From positions 1 through 64,000 of IMG/VR virus record IMGVR_UViG_2908446538_000001: a DNA stretch of 64,000 nucleotides, one strand, 5' to 3'. The notes under the pieces are model-generated. The model did no database searches. It was given only the letters and a program-made list of their open reading frames with translations, and was not told where the DNA came from. How positions within the stretch are numbered: position 1 is the stretch's first letter; each line of letters starts with the position of its first letter. This document shows positions 63,403 to 64,000 of this stretch, one piece after another. Both the position numbers and the translations under genes were made by a program. Source of the stretch: a virus. Its lineage: Duplodnaviria; Caudoviricetes.

Positions 63403-64000
63403 GCATGCTGATCCCCGGCCAGAACCAACTGGCCGAACCGGCCATCATTACGGTGGATGAGTTCGAGCCGTTGCTGGCGGAATTCAAGGCGTTCGTGGTC
63501 GATTACGTCGCCACCCGCGCGCCGCAAAGCGCGGCCAAACTCAAGGTCAGCCTCGACAACGAAAGTGAGTTGCTGACTCTGGCCCTGGAAGCCTTTTGCG
63601 TGCGGCTGCAAACCCATGAGCGCAAATACAACGCCCGCATCAAGCAGATGCTGGCGTGGTGGGCCACCGGCAGCAACCTGGATGCCCGCCTGGCCGATAT
63701 GGGCCTGGAGCGCCAAGTGCTTGACCCTGGCGACCCGGCTGCGTTTCCACCCGTACCGCCGACGTTGGAAAGCGATGACGACGCACGCCTGCGTTATTAC
63801 CTGGCGCCACATGCCCCGGCAGCGGGGTCGCGAATGCAGTATCGGCGTGAGGTTTTCACTCTGGGCGAGCGGCCGTCGGTGAAAGTGCAAAGTGCCACGC
63901 CGGGCGTGGTAACCGTCAGCTACACCTTTGACCCGGACGGGTATGCGGCGCAGGTCAAGGACGGCAATGGGCGTCGAACCGCGCCCGGCGAAGTGATGGT
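63399..64000 (+). CDS. Baseplate J-like protein (truncated by window end)
   Basis: ATG at 63399; WATGSNLDARLADMGLER, ESDDDARLRYYLA. Confidence 0.85.
   Translation, partial: MSMLIPGQNQLAEPAIITVDEFEPLLAEFKAFVVDYVATRAPQSAAKLKVSLDNESELLTLALEAFCVRLQTHERKYNARIKQMLAWWATGSNLDARLADMGLERQVLDPGDPAAFPPVPPTLESDDDARLRYYLAPHAPAAGSRMQYRREVFTLGERPSVKVQSATPGVVTVSYTFDPDGYAAQVKDGNGRRTAPGEVM

Larger units (their letters stand above)
60233..64000 (+). other. R-type tailocin cluster (start), mutS-cinA locus
   Basis: prtR-holin-gpV-gpW-gpJ order with no head genes before them, adjacent to mutS 5' end as known for fluorescens-group tailocins. Confidence 0.8.

Noticed and set aside
1-64000. tRNA/rRNA genes and integrase
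   Set aside because: None recognised; the integrase and left att site should lie upstream of base 1.

Overview
Pseudomonas (fluorescens-group-like) chromosome window. Bases 1-~54735 are most of a lambdoid siphovirus prophage; the integrase end lies left of the window. It carries the early-left operon (minus strand), cI/cro, replication, nin/Q, head, lambda-type tail and a split lysis cassette. Its right junction falls inside the 5' end of mutS (MSKNTSDLSSHTPMMQQY, then phage DNA). To the right lie a C4-type RNA/DUF3077 unit, an AT-richer two-gene operon (helical-repeat protein plus PD-(D/E)xK nuclease-helical protein; candidate defence system), an orphan Imm33-like gene, and the start of the mutS-cinA R-type tailocin cluster (prtR, holin, baseplate). 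Highlights: (1) a complete diversity-generating retroelement (RT, Avd, TR) in the EARLY operon whose TR differs only at adenines from the 3' ends of two tandem non-structural DUF1566-like genes, not a tail fibre; (2) prophage interruption of mutS; (3) the unassigned two-gene nuclease system; (4) a small late-region protein built from four tail-tip (gpJ) sequence blocks in reversed order; (5) a RelE-like/XRE/DUF6941 tripartite module beside cI; (6) an Acb2-like anti-CBASS gene; (7) an array of six CsrA/RsmA-type sites in the tailocin leader. Family assignments come from motif recognition, not database searches. Several start codons were adjusted from the supplied ORF track.
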